A stretch of 34,494 nt of DNA from a virus. Taxonomy: Duplodnaviria; Caudoviricetes. A model generated the notes under the pieces. It saw only the letters and a list, made by a program, of their open reading frames with translations, had not been told where the DNA came from and did not search any database. The position numbers were made by a program, and so were the translations under genes. Below, piece by piece: positions 34,299-34,494 of this stretch. How positions within the stretch are numbered: the stretch's first letter is position 1; each line of letters starts with the position of its first letter. The stretch lies in IMG/VR virus record IMGVR_UViG_3300044267_005908, positions 1-34,494 of that record; one strand, 5' to 3'.

Positions 34299-34307
34299 GA
34301 TACATAT
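34299..34307 (-). promoter_or_regulatory. ATAT[T/G]TAT putative late promoter (scaffold-MCP)
   Basis: Minus strand ATATGTATC between the terminator and the structured leader. Confidence 0.55.
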
Positions 34308-34318
34308 AACAAGAGATT

Positions 34319-34343
34319 AAAAAAGGCGCCCTAAGGCGCCTTT
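34319..34343 (-). terminator. Intrinsic terminator
   Basis: Minus strand AAAGGCGCC-TTAG-GGCGCC followed by T6; also T-rich on the opposite strand. Confidence 0.8.
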
Positions 34344-34366
34344 CTTTTGTTGTTTTAAGTAACTAA

Positions 34367-34494
34367 TTACTTGTCTGTAAAAAATGATGCTAAGATTACT
34401 AATACAACTAATCCAATAAATCCACCATTTGCAAGTGAACCAATTAAAGAAGTTAAATTACCAACTACATCAAACCCTAGAACTGAAGTTCCCC
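34367..34494 (-). CDS. 3' fragment of a small membrane protein
   Basis: Not in the ORF track. Manual translation gives ...GTSVLGFDVVGNLTSLIGSLANGGFIGLVVLVILASFFTDK*, an amphipathic helix plus a transmembrane helix, followed by a terminator. Confidence 0.65.
   Translation of the reverse strand, partial: GTSVLGFDVVGNLTSLIGSLANGGFIGLVVLVILASFFTDK

Noticed and set aside
1-34494. Stop-codon reassignment (alternative genetic code)
   Set aside because: Standard code 11 gives dense, full-length genes; TAA, TAG (e.g. MCP) and TGA (ATGA overlaps) all act as stops.
1-34494. CRISPR array, tRNA, integrase/transposase, intron/intein, or diversity-generating retroelement
   Set aside because: I saw no spaced direct repeats, cloverleaf, recombinase, homing endonuclease, splice motifs or reverse transcriptase. 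Intergenic gaps are too short, and the 20351/20896 paralogues differ far beyond adenine-only changes.
34367-34494. Calling the terminal membrane protein a holin
   Set aside because: Only 41 residues are visible and no endolysin is adjacent in the window.

Overview
This window is a continuous piece of a large, AT-rich, T4-distantly-related myovirus genome. All supportable genes lie on the minus strand. In transcription order (right to left) it holds the 3' end of a small membrane protein, a prohead scaffold, a gp23-like major capsid protein, PhoH, gp13/gp14/gp15-like neck and tail-terminator proteins, about 12 fibre/adhesin/adaptor genes, tail sheath, tail tube, a gp26/gp51-like chaperone pair, tape measure, a LysM tube-initiator, a LysM/gp53-like protein, a 1563-aa hub with a C-terminal zinc-peptidase motif, a thumb-less family A polymerase homologue, two Cys-rich acidic paralogues, a gp32-like SSB and the start of a probable RecA/UvsX. 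Leaders lack Shine-Dalgarno sequences and are A-rich, suggesting a Bacteroidota/FCB host. The most notable observations are: (1) a candidate capsid-loading address shared by the scaffold C-terminus and two Cys-rich cargo proteins; (2) a [ST]-[GAS]-S tripeptide concentrated in virion-surface proteins, a possible glycosylation sequon; (3) a probable +1 programmed frameshift before the tape measure; (4) a PolA homologue with a substituted steric gate; (5) an ATAT[T/G]TAT intergenic motif that is the reverse complement of the T4 late promoter; and (6) a four-hairpin leader on the head operon. All family calls come from motif recognition by eye; no database searches were run.
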